Shown here piece by piece: positions 35,833 through 48,523 of a DNA stretch of 64,000 bases (position 1 is its first letter; each line of letters opens with the position of its first letter). The translations under genes and the position numbers were made by a program. The stretch comes from Podarcis filfolensis (lineage: Eukaryota). Location of the stretch: NCBI GenBank assembly GCA_964270895.1, contig OZ185448.1; one strand, 5' to 3'. The notes under the pieces are model-generated. The model was not told the origin of the DNA. It was given only the letters and a program-made list of their open reading frames with translations, and made no database searches.

Positions 35833-35866
35833 AATAAAGATGTGGTTGGAAAAAGTTACTTTTATT
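35833..35866. terminator. Back-to-back polyadenylation signals of convergent CCPG1 (+) and PIGB (-)
   Basis: AATAAA at 35833-35838 and TTTATT at 35861-35866. There is also an upstream AATAAA at 35551. Confidence 0.55.
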
Positions 35867-36156
35867 TTTATAGGTTTGCATAGCTAAACATCCTCAGAGA
35901 AGGACTCAAAGCCTTTGTTAAGGCCACTCTTCTGTTATCTTGCACATGCTGTCCATGCTGAAGTGTGTCTTCTCTACACCCGCAATGAAAAATGGTCCAG
36001 GCTGCAATCAGAGTTCCATTAACTCAGCAAAATTTACTGCTAAGCGAAGAGGACTGTCCTATTAACTATATCTCATGTGAAACACAGACCCATGCGGTGA
36101 TCTTTGAACAAGATATAGTTACATTCCTGTATTTGTTGTTTGGGCTGGGACCATCT

Positions 36157-39100
36157 TCAAAGATGCTTTTGATTTCTTTTGTAGACATGAATGGAGCTCC
36201 CGATCCGTCCTTGAGGCAGATGAGTGTGAAAAAACGTGGCAACTTTTTCATACCTATTTGTAACTAGAAATGATGATATATCCTAGAAGTAAAAAATTCA
36301 ATATTCAAGTAACAGTTCTGGACCAAACATCAGGGTCCAGCAATCAAGAATTGAGGAAGAACCATCATTATGCCTGGCCACATTCATTTTTCCACCATTT
36401 ATTTTGAAGATCGGAGGGGAGGGGAAGGAGCACTGTAGAATTGTATATTGCTAGGAGGTTAAATTTCCAACCCAATTTTGTTGAGCCACTAACAACTTGT
36501 ATTTTCATAAAAGTGGAAAGAGCACAAATCCATCATCTGTATTCACTGCTGTAAAGGCCAGTTGTTGTCAACCTTTTTGGACCAGTACACATTTTTTTTT
36601 TTAATTTTGAGACAGTGCTACAGGCACCAGTCACAAAATGGCTGCCATAGAGCAGGACTATAGTTCATCCCAGAAGAGTGTGTGAACACACACACACACA
36701 CACGCACACACACACACACACGCCATCGCAGGCACCACCACACTGACTATCCTTGCTATGGCCTGACCAGTTCAGGTGCTCTGAATTTCTCCACATGGAA
36801 CACGTTTTGTGGCACCATTTTCTGATAGTTTATTTTCAACGGTATCACAAGAGGAAAAATTAGCTGGATCAAAGAGAACTGTGGACAAACCAAAATGTGA
36901 ACCCTTCCTTACACAGTGTGGAGTTCACGGGTGGAAATAACTTCCAAGGTGAGGTGATGTCTGTTAGCTTTAGTGGCACAGAGGAGGAGAATGAAGCCTA
37001 TCAATTCAGTCATGGGAGGAATATGACCCCCAACTTCAGAGGGAGCAATGAGAGACACAGACAGTTGGTCTCATCCAGTAGACTCTTTTTACCTTCTTAA
37101 ACACATGTATGCTCTTCCCTCCCCATCCCCCGCTTTTTGGGACCTTCTGGGCTATGCAGCATTCATTCATTTCCCACCCTCCACCCCAAGGTCCCCTGGT
37201 GGGTCACAATTTCAAAACAACAATAAAAACAGTTTAAAACAACTTATGCTTACACCCTCTGTAATCATCTCGTTCATCTCCTTGATGAAGATGCCAACGG
37301 GTGTGCGCGATGCCCCACTGAAAACAATGAGACTGGGATTCTTCTGCACTTGCCTTACCTGCTCAAGCACACTGAAGAACACCAAGTGTGTGGGTAGCAG
37401 CGTAACATTGGAAAACGTTTCACTGAGCCAGCTGAGAGGGCCTGCATAAAATAAGTCGGCTTCATCAAGGTAATTTGCCCTTCCGGTCAAATCAGGGGGG
37501 CACTGAAGAAACCTCAAAGGTAGTGGGCAATGAACATGGCTAGAAAGGGGGGGGGGAGAAACAGGCATTAATACAAATGGCTGAGGCTATTTTGCATTAG
37601 CAAGCGCTGGCAGCGCTTCTTTTCCACATGCTGATCTGAATACACACATACCCGTGTCTGTGTTTGTTATCAATTGAGAGGCACAGCAAAAATAAGACCT
37701 GCAGGATGGGTGGAAAGGGCTGAAGGTGACTTTTCCACACACTGCTGCAGATAGTCCCCATGTCACCAGGTGAAGACAAAGCGTGAGGCAGTGGAGACTT
37801 CGGAATCGGAAGTGGCACTGACTTTACAGGCGGAAAGACGGGGAAATGGCTCAACAGCTAGAATACAGTCAAGGTTCCCACAATCCCAATAGGGGCACAA
37901 CTTCCAGGGTCCCCTCAAGTGTGAAACTGGCTTAAGGTGCTTGGGCAAAGTGTTACACAGATACAGGGTTCTGGGTTCTCTATCTCAAGCTCTTTGCATC
38001 AGTTCCAGCAACAGCTGCTGATCCAGCCATAAAGACACAATTAAGCCCACAAAGGCTGCTCCTGTTACAAAAAGTATAGCACAGAGGTGTAGACTAATAA
38101 GGAGTCAGTTTAAGGAGAAACATCTTCTAAAGGCTGATCGCATCAGCGTGAATCCAGCATAACTATTTAGAGGACAATCCTATCAACAGTTGCTGGCAGG
38201 CTGTTCCAAAGGCCAGGTCAGAAGGTTGCCCCACAGGATTGCTGCAGCCACAAAATCTCCACAGCTGTCCCTTTCAGCAGAAAAGTGAAATTCTGGGGGT
38301 GGCTTTACCAAATCCAAAGCCTTTCTGTTCCCCTGACGTAACCCAGAAGGATATGGAAGTATGCTAGTCCCGGAGCTGAGATCAACAGAAAGGAAAAAGG
38401 CCAAAGAAAGAGGCGGGAGGGAAATGGCAGCTCCCCTACCCCAATGCTTTTTGCCCTCTTGGTGTGATCCCAGGAGGGCTTTTGGTGCAGTTCCTCCACC
38501 TTGAATTCACCTTCTCCTGCCTCCTCTGAATTGCTCTGGCAGTAAAAGAGCAGAAAAGCTGCAGATTCCCATGCAGAGTGCCACCAGAACCTCACACACA
38601 TACACCCCCCGATGGGTCTTACCTATAAAAAGGAGTTGAATGGCAGGGCATGAGCATGAAGACGGATGCCGGCTGCTCTGCAGAGTCAGCAGGAGCACTG
38701 CAGAGGCTTTGCAGGTGGCCCATGACATCCAGGGTTCCACGCTGATGGACCAAGCCAGTGTAGAGGGCGGGCAGCAAGTTTGTCACCAGCAGGAAGGAGA
38801 CGGCTGCTGCCCGCTGCCACCTTTTCAGCTGCTTAAGAGAATGCCCTACGGGGAGGAGAGGGAAGAAAGCAGAAAATGGAGCAGATGAATCTAGGGTCCT
38901 TGAGATCAGGGACCTGAGCAGTTCCAGAGACTTCCAAACAGCAGCATGGTGGGGCTTTCCTAACACCTAAAGATCCCCTTCAAAGACCCTTCCCCCTTTG
39001 GCTCAGCCCTGAGGCATCTCATCATTCAACTTCCCCTTCAGCTTGGCCTCCCTCCCTTCCATCAAATGTCTGAGAGCTATTTCTATAAAGACTGCCCAGC

Positions 39101-42100
39101 CTTTACTTTCATTCCTGCCTTGGAAAGAGCCCAAGCACTAAACCTGCCAGAAGCCACAGCTGAATCTTTTTTTAAAAAAACAACAACATTGTATGTAGAA
39201 GATGTACTTATTAATCAATGCGAGTGAAATAATGTGTCACTATTGGACAGTTTGCTTTTACAGGTACGCTGTTTTGATGGATGTCAGCCAATTTGGACAC
39301 AATGGCAGCATTTTTTCCTGCACTGACACACACAATCTCTGTATCAAACCATTTAAGATGCTCATTCCCTTTAGAAGAAGGAAGCAGTATTTCAAACTTC
39401 TCAAAGATGAGACACATTTTGGCACTAAAACTTCCACAACAGCAAGTTTTTCCTTTAGAGTGAAGATTTAACAACACCATGAATCCAAATATATCGACCA
39501 ATCGGGACAAATGTAAGGTTATATGCAGGCAGGAAGAACCAACTGCACAAATACGATCTAGAATCAGTGTGATGTAGCAGCAAAAAACCCCTAATGCTAT
39601 ATTAGGCTGCATCAACGGAAGTATAGTGTCCAGATGAATGGAAATAATAGTACCACTCTATTCTGTCTTGGCCAGACCACACCTGGAATATGGTGTCCAG
39701 TTCTGGGCACCACAATTCAAAAAGGATATTGACAAGCTAAAATGTGTGCAGAAGAAGGCAACAAAGGTGATAAAGGTTCTGGAAACCAAATCTGGGGAAC
39801 GGTTGAGGGAGTTGGGTATGTTTAGCCTGGTAAAGAGGAAACTGAGAGGAGGTAAGATGGCCACCTTCAAATGGGCTGTCACATGGAGCAAACTTGTTTT
39901 CTCCTATTCCAGAGGGTAGGACCTGAACCAATGGCTTCAAGTTACAAGAAAGGAGATGTCAACTAAACATCAGGAAGAACTTTCTGAAAGAGAGAGCTGT
40001 TTGGCAGTGGAACAGACTTACATGAAAAATTATGGACTCTCCCTACTTGGAGTTTTTTTAAAGCAGAGATTGGATGGCTGTCTGTCATGTATTATTTGTT
40101 GTACATTTACTGTATGATCTATTTGAGATTCCTGCATTGCAGGGGGTGGTACAAGATGACCCCCAGGGTACGTTCCAGCTCTACAATCTATGATTCTATG
40201 AAACAGCACACAGAAACATCATAATGTGTTTAAAATCAAAACGCTTACCACAGAACACCATGCAGATTGGCAGCACTGGGTAGATAAAGCGGAATTCTTT
40301 GTGGCTCAGGGTGCTGTAACACAACAGGAAGGTGTAAATGGAAGGTTCTCCTAGGCGTCTTCCCAAGCCCAGGCCTCTTCCCTCAGGAAATCATCCTTAG
40401 TCCAGAAAAATCTGCCAAAGGTCCTCCCAAGTCACAGAAGCAGCCAGCTGATGGGGCCACAGCCCAATCCAAACGCTCCCTTGAGCTGTGATGGAGGAGC
40501 CTGCCGCCAACATGGGAAGCACAGAGGACTGTGGCAGACTATACTGTCCCGAGGCAGATTTTAAAAGTAAGATTCCTCAGCCACAGGCCTGGGCTATATA
40601 TTGATATATCACCCAGGACCAGTATGAAGGGCAGACTGCGATGAAAGCTTAACTCAGCGATACATCACACGAGCCAGCGGCAGGGTGGGGGCTCCATTAA
40701 AGTGCCCCCCCAGCTGAGAGCGCCCCAACCCTGCTGCTTGCAAGCCTGTGCCAGGGTGCGGACTCCGTTAGACTCCCCCCTCCCGACCTGCCAAGGTGGT
40801 GGTGGCTGCTGAGGCAGGCCCCCGAATGCTTGCCTCATCCGCCACTGCCTTAGCATAGGGGTCAGGCGGGCTCAGATAGGCAGTGCAGAGACAAAGCGCA
40901 GATAGGGTGACTTTGCACCCCACACCTTGCAGAGTGGTACAGAGGCTGTCTGATGCTGGTGCTGGGGCAGAGGCAGCCTTGCTTGGCTACCCTGCCTTCA
41001 TCTGTCCACGAGGATGAACTGCGTCTTTCCTCCCAGGGTGGTCATTCACCCCAGGAGGAAAGATGGAGCCCACTCTCCCGGGTGAAGGCAGCAGCTGGGC
41101 CCAGCGCTGGCCAGCAAACTCAGGCAGCCCTGCTCCACAAGGTGCAGATAGAGTGGCTGTGCACTCCACACCCTGCGGACTTCACTTGGGAGGGTGGACT
41201 GCATTTTTCCTTCTGGGCTGAATGACCACCCCAGGAGGAAAGACTAGCTCTCCCCTCCCATCCACCAGCACAAGGAGGAACAGAGCCAGCCCAGCAGTCG
41301 GAACCAAGGGCTCTGGTCACCAGCTGCAGCTTGAATCAAACTTTTCCAGAGCAAGTGGGGCTCCCAACATGCCATCATAAAAGCTACCCCATCTGGCTCC
41401 ATAAGAAGGAGAGGCAACAGTGGCTACCATTTTGCTCTGTCCCTCCCACCACCGATCCACCAGAACACCAAATGCTGAACTCTGTACAAGAAATGGAACC
41501 CACATTTTCTTCCTATTGGATTTTAAACAGTGAGCTGGCTCTTCTGGCACATTGGCAGGAAGACAGCGTTAGAAGCACCCTAAGCAAACTAGCCAACAAA
41601 TCTGAAGGAGGAAATACCTGGCACAGAGTTCTGTGGTGTGGAAGGAAGCCTACCTGTAAACAGCCACCGTCCACAGCACCACCACCAGGAGTATGCCATG
41701 CCTCTTTGATGCTTGGAAGCAGCCATGGAGAAAGAAGGGGAGGTGAGGGCCAAGGACCACAAGGAAGCCCTGGGTGAAGTACCAGTGCCACGGGTGGGAT
41801 CCGTAGAAGGTGGCCACATTCTGCAGCACGTTAAACTTCAAAAAGTTCAGTTGAACCAGGACCCACTGCAGGAGCAAAGAAACAGCAAGCAAACAAGACA
41901 GGCTTTATAACAGGAGAACTGTGAGAGGAGTGGTGTATTTGTCCTGACAATGCTTTTGTAAGCTTAGGATTGCTTCCTCAACACATCCCACTGCCAAGGG
42001 AATTGGAATCTGGAGCACCAAATCCATCAACACAGCCTAAGCATCTCTTAACTATCCCTGCCACTGATAATTGCCAGAACTCTCCAAAGAGAACGGCTGG

Positions 42101-45100
42101 TGGAGATGGGGACAGGATACTCCATCCCTCTTTCGCCTGTTTGCTGGCAAAAAAAAGAAAGTGCAACCTACTAAAGTCTGAGCGCTTGTGTTCAAGGCTG
42201 GATTACTGAACTGCTTTAAGTTGCTTATTCATTTGGTGCTCCTAGAGGAAAGAGAGAGAAAGAGAGGAGGAGATGAGAGGAAATGCCCACAGTCCAGGCA
42301 ATCACCTGGATGCCCTTGTTGGCATGGTGTCAGCAGCTATACCAGAGGACAACTGGGCAGAGGGCAAACAGCCAGATGTAAAAGCCACCCCTGCCCAGCT
42401 CCACTCTTCAGCAAGTAGCCAAGGGGGAAATTTCCCCTGCCTGCCCAGCTGCTGCCTTCCCTTGCAGTTCTCTAGCTTTTCTCATTTCAAGCGCTGCTCT
42501 CCAATTCTGCTCATTCCTCAGCGAGAGCAGAGACTGGCAAAGAGCACAGGTGAACCCTGATCTTTCTCTGGCTGGGAAACTTCAGCCCGGCACTTTCCAG
42601 CCAGGCAAATTGCCCCACCATGCGTTTCCTATCTGACAGCATTAGTTAAAAAGCAGCACAGCAGCTTAAATAGACAAATCTCAAAAGCCAGGATCACACT
42701 CTCAGCACTGTCTGCACAAGTTTCTCTTTGCCTGAGCCACCCTGGCCACGGCTGGCAACTGCACAGGCCAGCCCTGTTCCCACAAGCGCTGATGTGCTTC
42801 ATGGAGCTGAGGGAGAGGAGCTGCCAGGTGGAGTGGCAATGGGGGGGGGAGGGTGAAGACAGAAGTGAGACTCCCCTGGCTGGTGCATTGCAGTTCTTTT
42901 GGAATCTGGGTGCAATACTCAAGCAGGAAGGAGAAATGCATTCCCTCATCCAAGCCCCCTGCAAGAATGGCAACAACCACAGTTAGGGAAAGTCTGTGGC
43001 ACCATCTATAGAAGAACTCACTTTAACTGATCTCAGAATGCTGAGTGAATGCCAACTTACCTTGCCAAAAAATACTCGGTCAGTAATTAAAGAGATTCCC
43101 AGAATGATGAATCTGTCAAGAAAGAACACACTGGAGAAAAGAGGGACCTGCTGGGCTGCACCCGGCAACCATCTTCCCTGGAGTCCCCCTTGGGGAGCAG
43201 GCCAATTCAGCCCCCAGGAAGAGTCCGGCTCCCACCTGCTCCTGGCACCGATTCACGGGCCTTCTCCACGCTGCCCAAAGTGGGAGCTGCCTCTCCTGGC
43301 TGGAGGAACAGTCCTTCTCCAGACAAGCAAGCTGGGCCAGCTGCTCTGCACAGCATCTGTGGCCTGGCTCTGCTTCTGCTATTTGGGGCACTCTAGCTCA
43401 CCCAGGCCTACGTAGATTCAGAAGAGACGCCCTTACCCCACTGGGAGGCAGCTGTGCAGGACGAGGTGCCGCTTCTGGGGCTCCTTCCAGAAGTGCCGGA
43501 GCAGCAAAGGCACCCACAGAATGAGAGCGGTTGGGCGAATCACAAACGAAAGAGCAACCAGGGTCAAGTAAGGGATGCTGGAAAGAAGAGGTGGTGGTGA
43601 GGGCAGGATCATTGGGGGCAGCTTCAGCAAAGCAGGCTTACTGTTTCACAGCTATGGGGATGCCTCGGAAGGCAGCCCTGCTGCATATAATAGGGCTTAC
43701 ACTCAGGTAAGTGAGTGGAGGACTGCAGCCTTTTATATAACATGTCTTGAGAAAAGGAAAATGTTGCCAACAAGGAAGAGAGAGAGACAGACAGATGTGA
43801 GAGCTTTTGCATTTATCTATACAGTTGATCACACAGCCCTGCCAATCCAGAGCTGGGCAATGCCTGAAACCAAACCCATTCGTTTGCCTGCCAGGAAACA
43901 ACACATTTGAAAAGAAGGACAAGGTTACTGGGAAAGGGTGTTTTTGCTTGAATGGCGAAAAGAGTGCTTGGTTACTGGATGACCCCCCCCCCATTTACAC
44001 ACAAAGAAATAGCTAAGCTGGCGATGGAAATATGCTGCGTGAGGGGAAAACCAAGCATAAGGAAGTTCAACAAGGGTGTGACATTTCCCCAAACCTACCA
44101 TTATAAACATTTTAATTAGGCGTCAGGGGTCTGCCCCAGCCCCTTTAATGGCTATTAAAGATATCCATAGATATTCTCACCTGCTCCTCTTTGTCTTGGT
44201 GCCTTCCAGGGGATAGTAGTAAAGAGCGAAAATGGTGAGAACGGCTTCCATGGTGTTGGTGAGCGTTCTGGTACAACAGTACCATGTGAACCAGGAACAC
44301 AACTGGCAGAAGTACTGGAAACAAGGTGGGAGGAGAAGAAGAAGAGCTGGTGTGGGACGAGGGAAAGAAGGGTCACAATGCAAGACAAAGGACCAGGCGC
44401 TCATCACCCTCCAGCCAGAAGCCCAAGAAAGAGGAAGGCAGACAGGGACTCACCACCCACTTGGCCACCTCTGCGCCATCCAGTCGCTTCACCAAGGAGT
44501 ACAACACCACGTCTGCCAGCGCAGCCAGAAGAGCCTGTGCAATTCTAGGGAGCCAGATCTGTTAGGGTAGGAGGAGCACAAGGCATTCCTGTCTGAGGGA
44601 TCATTCATGCATAGATAACATTAATGTGCTTGATGATGGAACACACGAGCCCCCGTTAGGAAGACAACGCTTTCAAATCAACACAAACTTCATTTATTGA
44701 TTGCTTTGCCACCCTTTAGGTTTCTGTTTTCTTCCTTCCTTCCTCAGTTGTTGCTGTAATGTGGCCTGTGTGCCTTATGCACAATGTAAATTCACACTTT
44801 CCTTCCCATGGACACCAGCAATAAGTGTGTTTCAAAAGTGGCTAAGGATAAAGAGGCCACACAAATCTGCTGAAGCTGTTGAGCCTTTTGCTGAATGGCA
44901 GTGAACTGGCCCCAAGACTCAGATCTTGGCACAAAGGAGTGCCTTCCTGGTCCTGACCCCATGACTGAGGCCCATCAAAGAACCCCAGGTCCCATTCTTG
45001 GAAATACATTTCCAAGGATGTTGAAAGCCAGAGCAGGCAAGGCTCCTAGCTCTCTCCTGCTCCCAGTTTGCACTATTAAACCCAAAACTGCATGAGAAGG

Positions 45101-48100
45101 GTACCACTTGGCCTGAGAGAATCTTCTACCAGATCCCAACTCATTCTGCATAGTGCAGCCAGAAGCGGGGATGAGGAAAGCAAGAGACAGACGGACAGCA
45201 GGCAACAGCCCCCCACCTATCATTGCCCCCCCACCATGCTAAAAGAGGGTGGTTCCTGCCTACCCTTCTCCATGTTACCACTGGACAATCCCCAACCCCC
45301 CTCCCACCAACTCTGGTATTTGCCTGCATGTCCTCAGCAAAGGCGCCATGAGATATGCTTCTGTGGGATGAAGCATAAGCATAACTAGATAATTCCTGCC
45401 ACAAAAGCAAAATGCTTGATGTGTTTCTGGCAGCAGCTGAATGACACCCAAGTCCACACTCACCAGCAGCTGAACATCATCCTTGTTAAGCAGGTGCAAC
45501 ACTTTATAAATGCTTGCGAACAGCAGAGGGTAGAGATGGCTCCGCAGACCTTCTGTCCACTCCCAGGTCAAATAGCCATAATTATCATCATTAAAGATAT
45601 CATAAAGAACAGGCATGGAGCATGGTGTTATGTGGCCAACCTCCAACAAACTCATCAAAATTCAACTAATGTAATATTTTAGGGCCTTTGACAATTACTA
45701 AATTACAACTACTCCCACCTGCTGAAAAACTGAATCTTGTTCCACCCAAACCCACATCTCAGATGTGTCAAGAGTCATCCAGCTGGCACGTTCCTGTGGC
45801 AGGAAAGAGCCTTTTCCAATACCAGTTTGTGTCTCAAGTTCCTTGTATCTCAGAGCATGCTGGAGGGAGAGGGAAAGGAATGGGCAGGACTTCAAGGAAA
45901 CCATCCAAGCCCCACACCTGAGCTTCAGGGGCCTCTGAACTGCCTAACGCTTCATGACAACTGACAGTCAAAATGGCCCCGTTGTGACAACATGATAAAA
46001 TAAGAATCCTTCCAAGCCTGATCCTATTCACTCCAGGCAGCCTACATGCTTCTTCCTAGGCCTCCTCTAACCGGCTACCTTAACCCAGCCACAACATGCT
46101 CAACCACAGCCATGTTCCTTTACTTCATAAATCTACATCCCACTATCACAGAATTCAAGGCTGCACACAGGTAGTTTCCAAAGGGGCTCCTATCCAGGCC
46201 CTGACCCAAGACTGATTTCACTTCAACAAAGTAGATGCCCTAGGCCAGACTTCCTCAAACTCGGCCCTACAGATGTTTTTGGCCTACAACTCCCGTGATC
46301 CCTAGCTAGCAGGACCAGTGGCCAGGGATGATGGGAACTGTAGTCTCAAAACATCTGGAGGGCCGAGTTTGAGGAAGCCTGCCCTAGGCGACTGCAGGCA
46401 GCAAGCCACTCCTAGGACTGAACTTGGATTTACTCTCAAGTTGTGCAGCCCAACAGGACAGTCCAAAGCATGTTGACTTTATGCTGAAGCGAGTCCCATT
46501 CTGCTCAGTGGGACCTACTTCTGACCTGTCCTAACTAGGGAAAACTTTCACTTAAAATTTCAGTACATAAAAAAAGGATATTTGAAAACCATATGATGTG
46601 CGACTTCAAGTGACTGCCAATATTCATCTGGGACAAAGCTTGTCTGGACTAAGAAGCAGTTTAGTAGCCTCACCATGATGGTAAACAAGCACAGATAAAG
46701 GTTTTCCCCAACAAGAGCTGGAAAAAAGCAGATGGGATTAACCTCGTGTACAGTGGGTTTTTTACGGTTATGTTGTAATCAACTGCAAATAAATAAACCT
46801 TGGATACCTTTTGGGAGTCTTATTTCAATTCTTGCCTTGCCTCCAAAGCTGTGAATTGTTTTCTCAGTATCACAGAATCATAGAATTGCAGAGCCTGAAA
46901 TGACCACAAGGATCATCTAGTCCAACCCCCTACAATGTCTTTTGCCCAATGTGAGGCTTGAACCCATGTCCCTGTGATTAAGAATCTCATGCTCTACCGA
47001 CTGAGCTATCCCTTGTCAGGAATTCTAACATCCCTTAGTTTGTGGACAACTCTAAAACTGGCCTTTGTACCACAATCTTAGCAAAACAGAACCTTGATGG
47101 TAGAGGGGGGGAAACCTTGACTTTTCTCTAAATTAGAACTGACTTTCTTCTCTTTGAAGAGGCTGAAACAAAAGAGGCTCTTCAGAGATGAATCTACAGT
47201 CACATCTAAAGAGCTAAGTGAGCACTGAATCCCCCAGGCTCCTGAGTCCTGGAATTTTCCTCACTAGGACTCCACAGAAAGGGTCAGCTGCTGGGGCCCT
47301 GACTAGCAATGCTACCTTTGCTAAACTAGGAAAGGCTGCAATGACCTGGGGAAGGTGGCCTCAAAGGGGGGGACAAGGACAAAGTCTCCAGATTTGAACA
47401 GGTTTTTTTCCAGCAGCCATGCCTTTAATGGTTTCAAAGGAGAATAGAAGTGGCTGAGAGACAGCTATGACTATACACAGTAAGATGCCACAGCTGCCCT
47501 TGCTGTGCACTACAGTGGTACCTTGGGTTACATACACTTCAGGTTACAGACTCCGCTAACACAGAAATAGTGCTTCAGGTTAAGAACTTTGCTTCAGGAT
47601 GAGAACAGAAATCATATTCTGGTGGTGTGGCGGCAGCAGGAGGCCCCATTAGCTAAAGTGGTGCTTCAGGTTAAGAACAGTTTCACGTTAAGAACGGACC
47701 TCCGGAACGAATTAAGTACTTAACCTGAGGTACCACTGTTCTGGCCTTCTTCTGGGCAGCCACCAGGGCTTTGCTCTGGCCACAGATCTACAAAAGGAAA
47801 GCACCAAAGCCACCAGCTCCTGCCCATCAGGTGCCATGTGGCAGCAACAGCGCTGTCATCTCCCAAGCATCTTGGTGCTGGAGGAGGCAGAGGCAGCAAG
47901 TGCAAAGTTCCTCCCTGCCCCCATCAAGCATCCTGTAACCCAGCAGGAAGTTCTCTTGCACAAGGGCCACAGATGTGAACAGGCATCACTGCAGCCTTGC
48001 GCGCCTCCCACGGGGAGTTTGTGCAGGAGACCTTCCCAAGGGATGGGGCCTCCTCACTGCCTTTTGAGGGACAAACATCCCAGGGGCCAAGAGTCCCCCA

Positions 48101-48523
48101 AGGGGTGGGAGGGAGGCTGGGAATGTGCTTCGTGCATGACGTGGCCTCTCCCTCTGGCCCTGCAGGTGCTGGTCAAGGCAGCTGGAAGGAGCCTCTCTGG
48201 ACGTGCACGGCGCCGGCTTCCTTGCTCCTGGGACGGGCCGCCTCAAGCGTCGCTCGGCCCCTGCGGGAAAGGAACCACCACCTTGGAAAGGCCCCCTCCT
48301 GACCAGCGCCCTGGCTTCCTTGGGCCTCTCCCAGCGCGCGGGCCGCGGCTACTTCGGCCTCACAACAGCCCCGCGAGGTGGACCGCGGCCTCTCCTCACC
48401 CGCACCCCGCCCCGCGAGGGTCCCGGAGGGGGCGGGCCTGTATAGCGTCGACTTCCGCTTCCGCAGCCGCACCGGCAGGGTCCGCCTCCCGCCGCTGCCG
48501 TCGACCCCCCGCGCGGCTTCCAT
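36157..48523 (-). CDS. PIGB: GPI mannosyltransferase 3 (GPI-MT-III); 538 aa
   Basis: Exons on the minus strand: 48523-48400, 46717-46582, 45581-45464, 44558-44454, 44314-44181, 43577-43437, 43112-43061, 41865-41654, 40313-40249, 38845-38623, 37539-37359, 36282-36157; 1617 nt, phase-consistent. Motifs [58 protein letters not shown] and FFHTHLP match recalled human PIGB. Confidence 0.97.
36686..36721 (+). repeat. (CA)n microsatellite with one interruption
   Basis: Read directly from the sequence. Confidence 0.95.
39490..40201 (+). mobile_element. 5'-truncated CR1 LINE in PIGB intron 9, antisense to PIGB
   Basis: The [41 protein letters not shown] is a CR1 ORF2 C-terminus. The element ends in ATTCTATGA. 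Confidence 0.9.
45582..46581 (-). other. PIGB: U12-type (minor spliceosome) intron 2 of PIGB with AT-AA termini
   Basis: The 5' splice site is AA|ATATCCTTT at 46581. A branch-site-like TCTTTAAT lies at 45597-45590, and the 3' end is GATAA|T at 45582. The flanking exons (136 and 118 nt) rebuild MVFNYGYLTW without an indel. Confidence 0.85.
46246..46381. mobile_element. Palindromic hAT-type MITE inside the U12 intron
   Basis: Long TIR CAG(A/G)CTTCCTCAAACTCGGCCCT with a perfect 8-bp TSD, CCCTAGGC. Confidence 0.92.
46874..47011 (-). mobile_element. tRNA-Lys/CR1-tail SINE
   Basis: The plus strand shows GAATCATAGAAT...CATCTAGTCCAACCCC...TCTCATGCTCTACCGACTGAGCTATCC. It is homologous to 70-202. Confidence 0.8.
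47513..47738 (+). mobile_element. Tc1/mariner-type MITE
   Basis: TA|CAGTGGTACC ... GGTACCACTG. Same family as 25441-25638. Confidence 0.9.

Noticed and set aside
39202-39615. Overlapping ORFs just upstream of the CR1 in PIGB intron 9
   Set aside because: They show no recognisable protein or coherent splice structure and are probably decayed repeat or chance ORFs.
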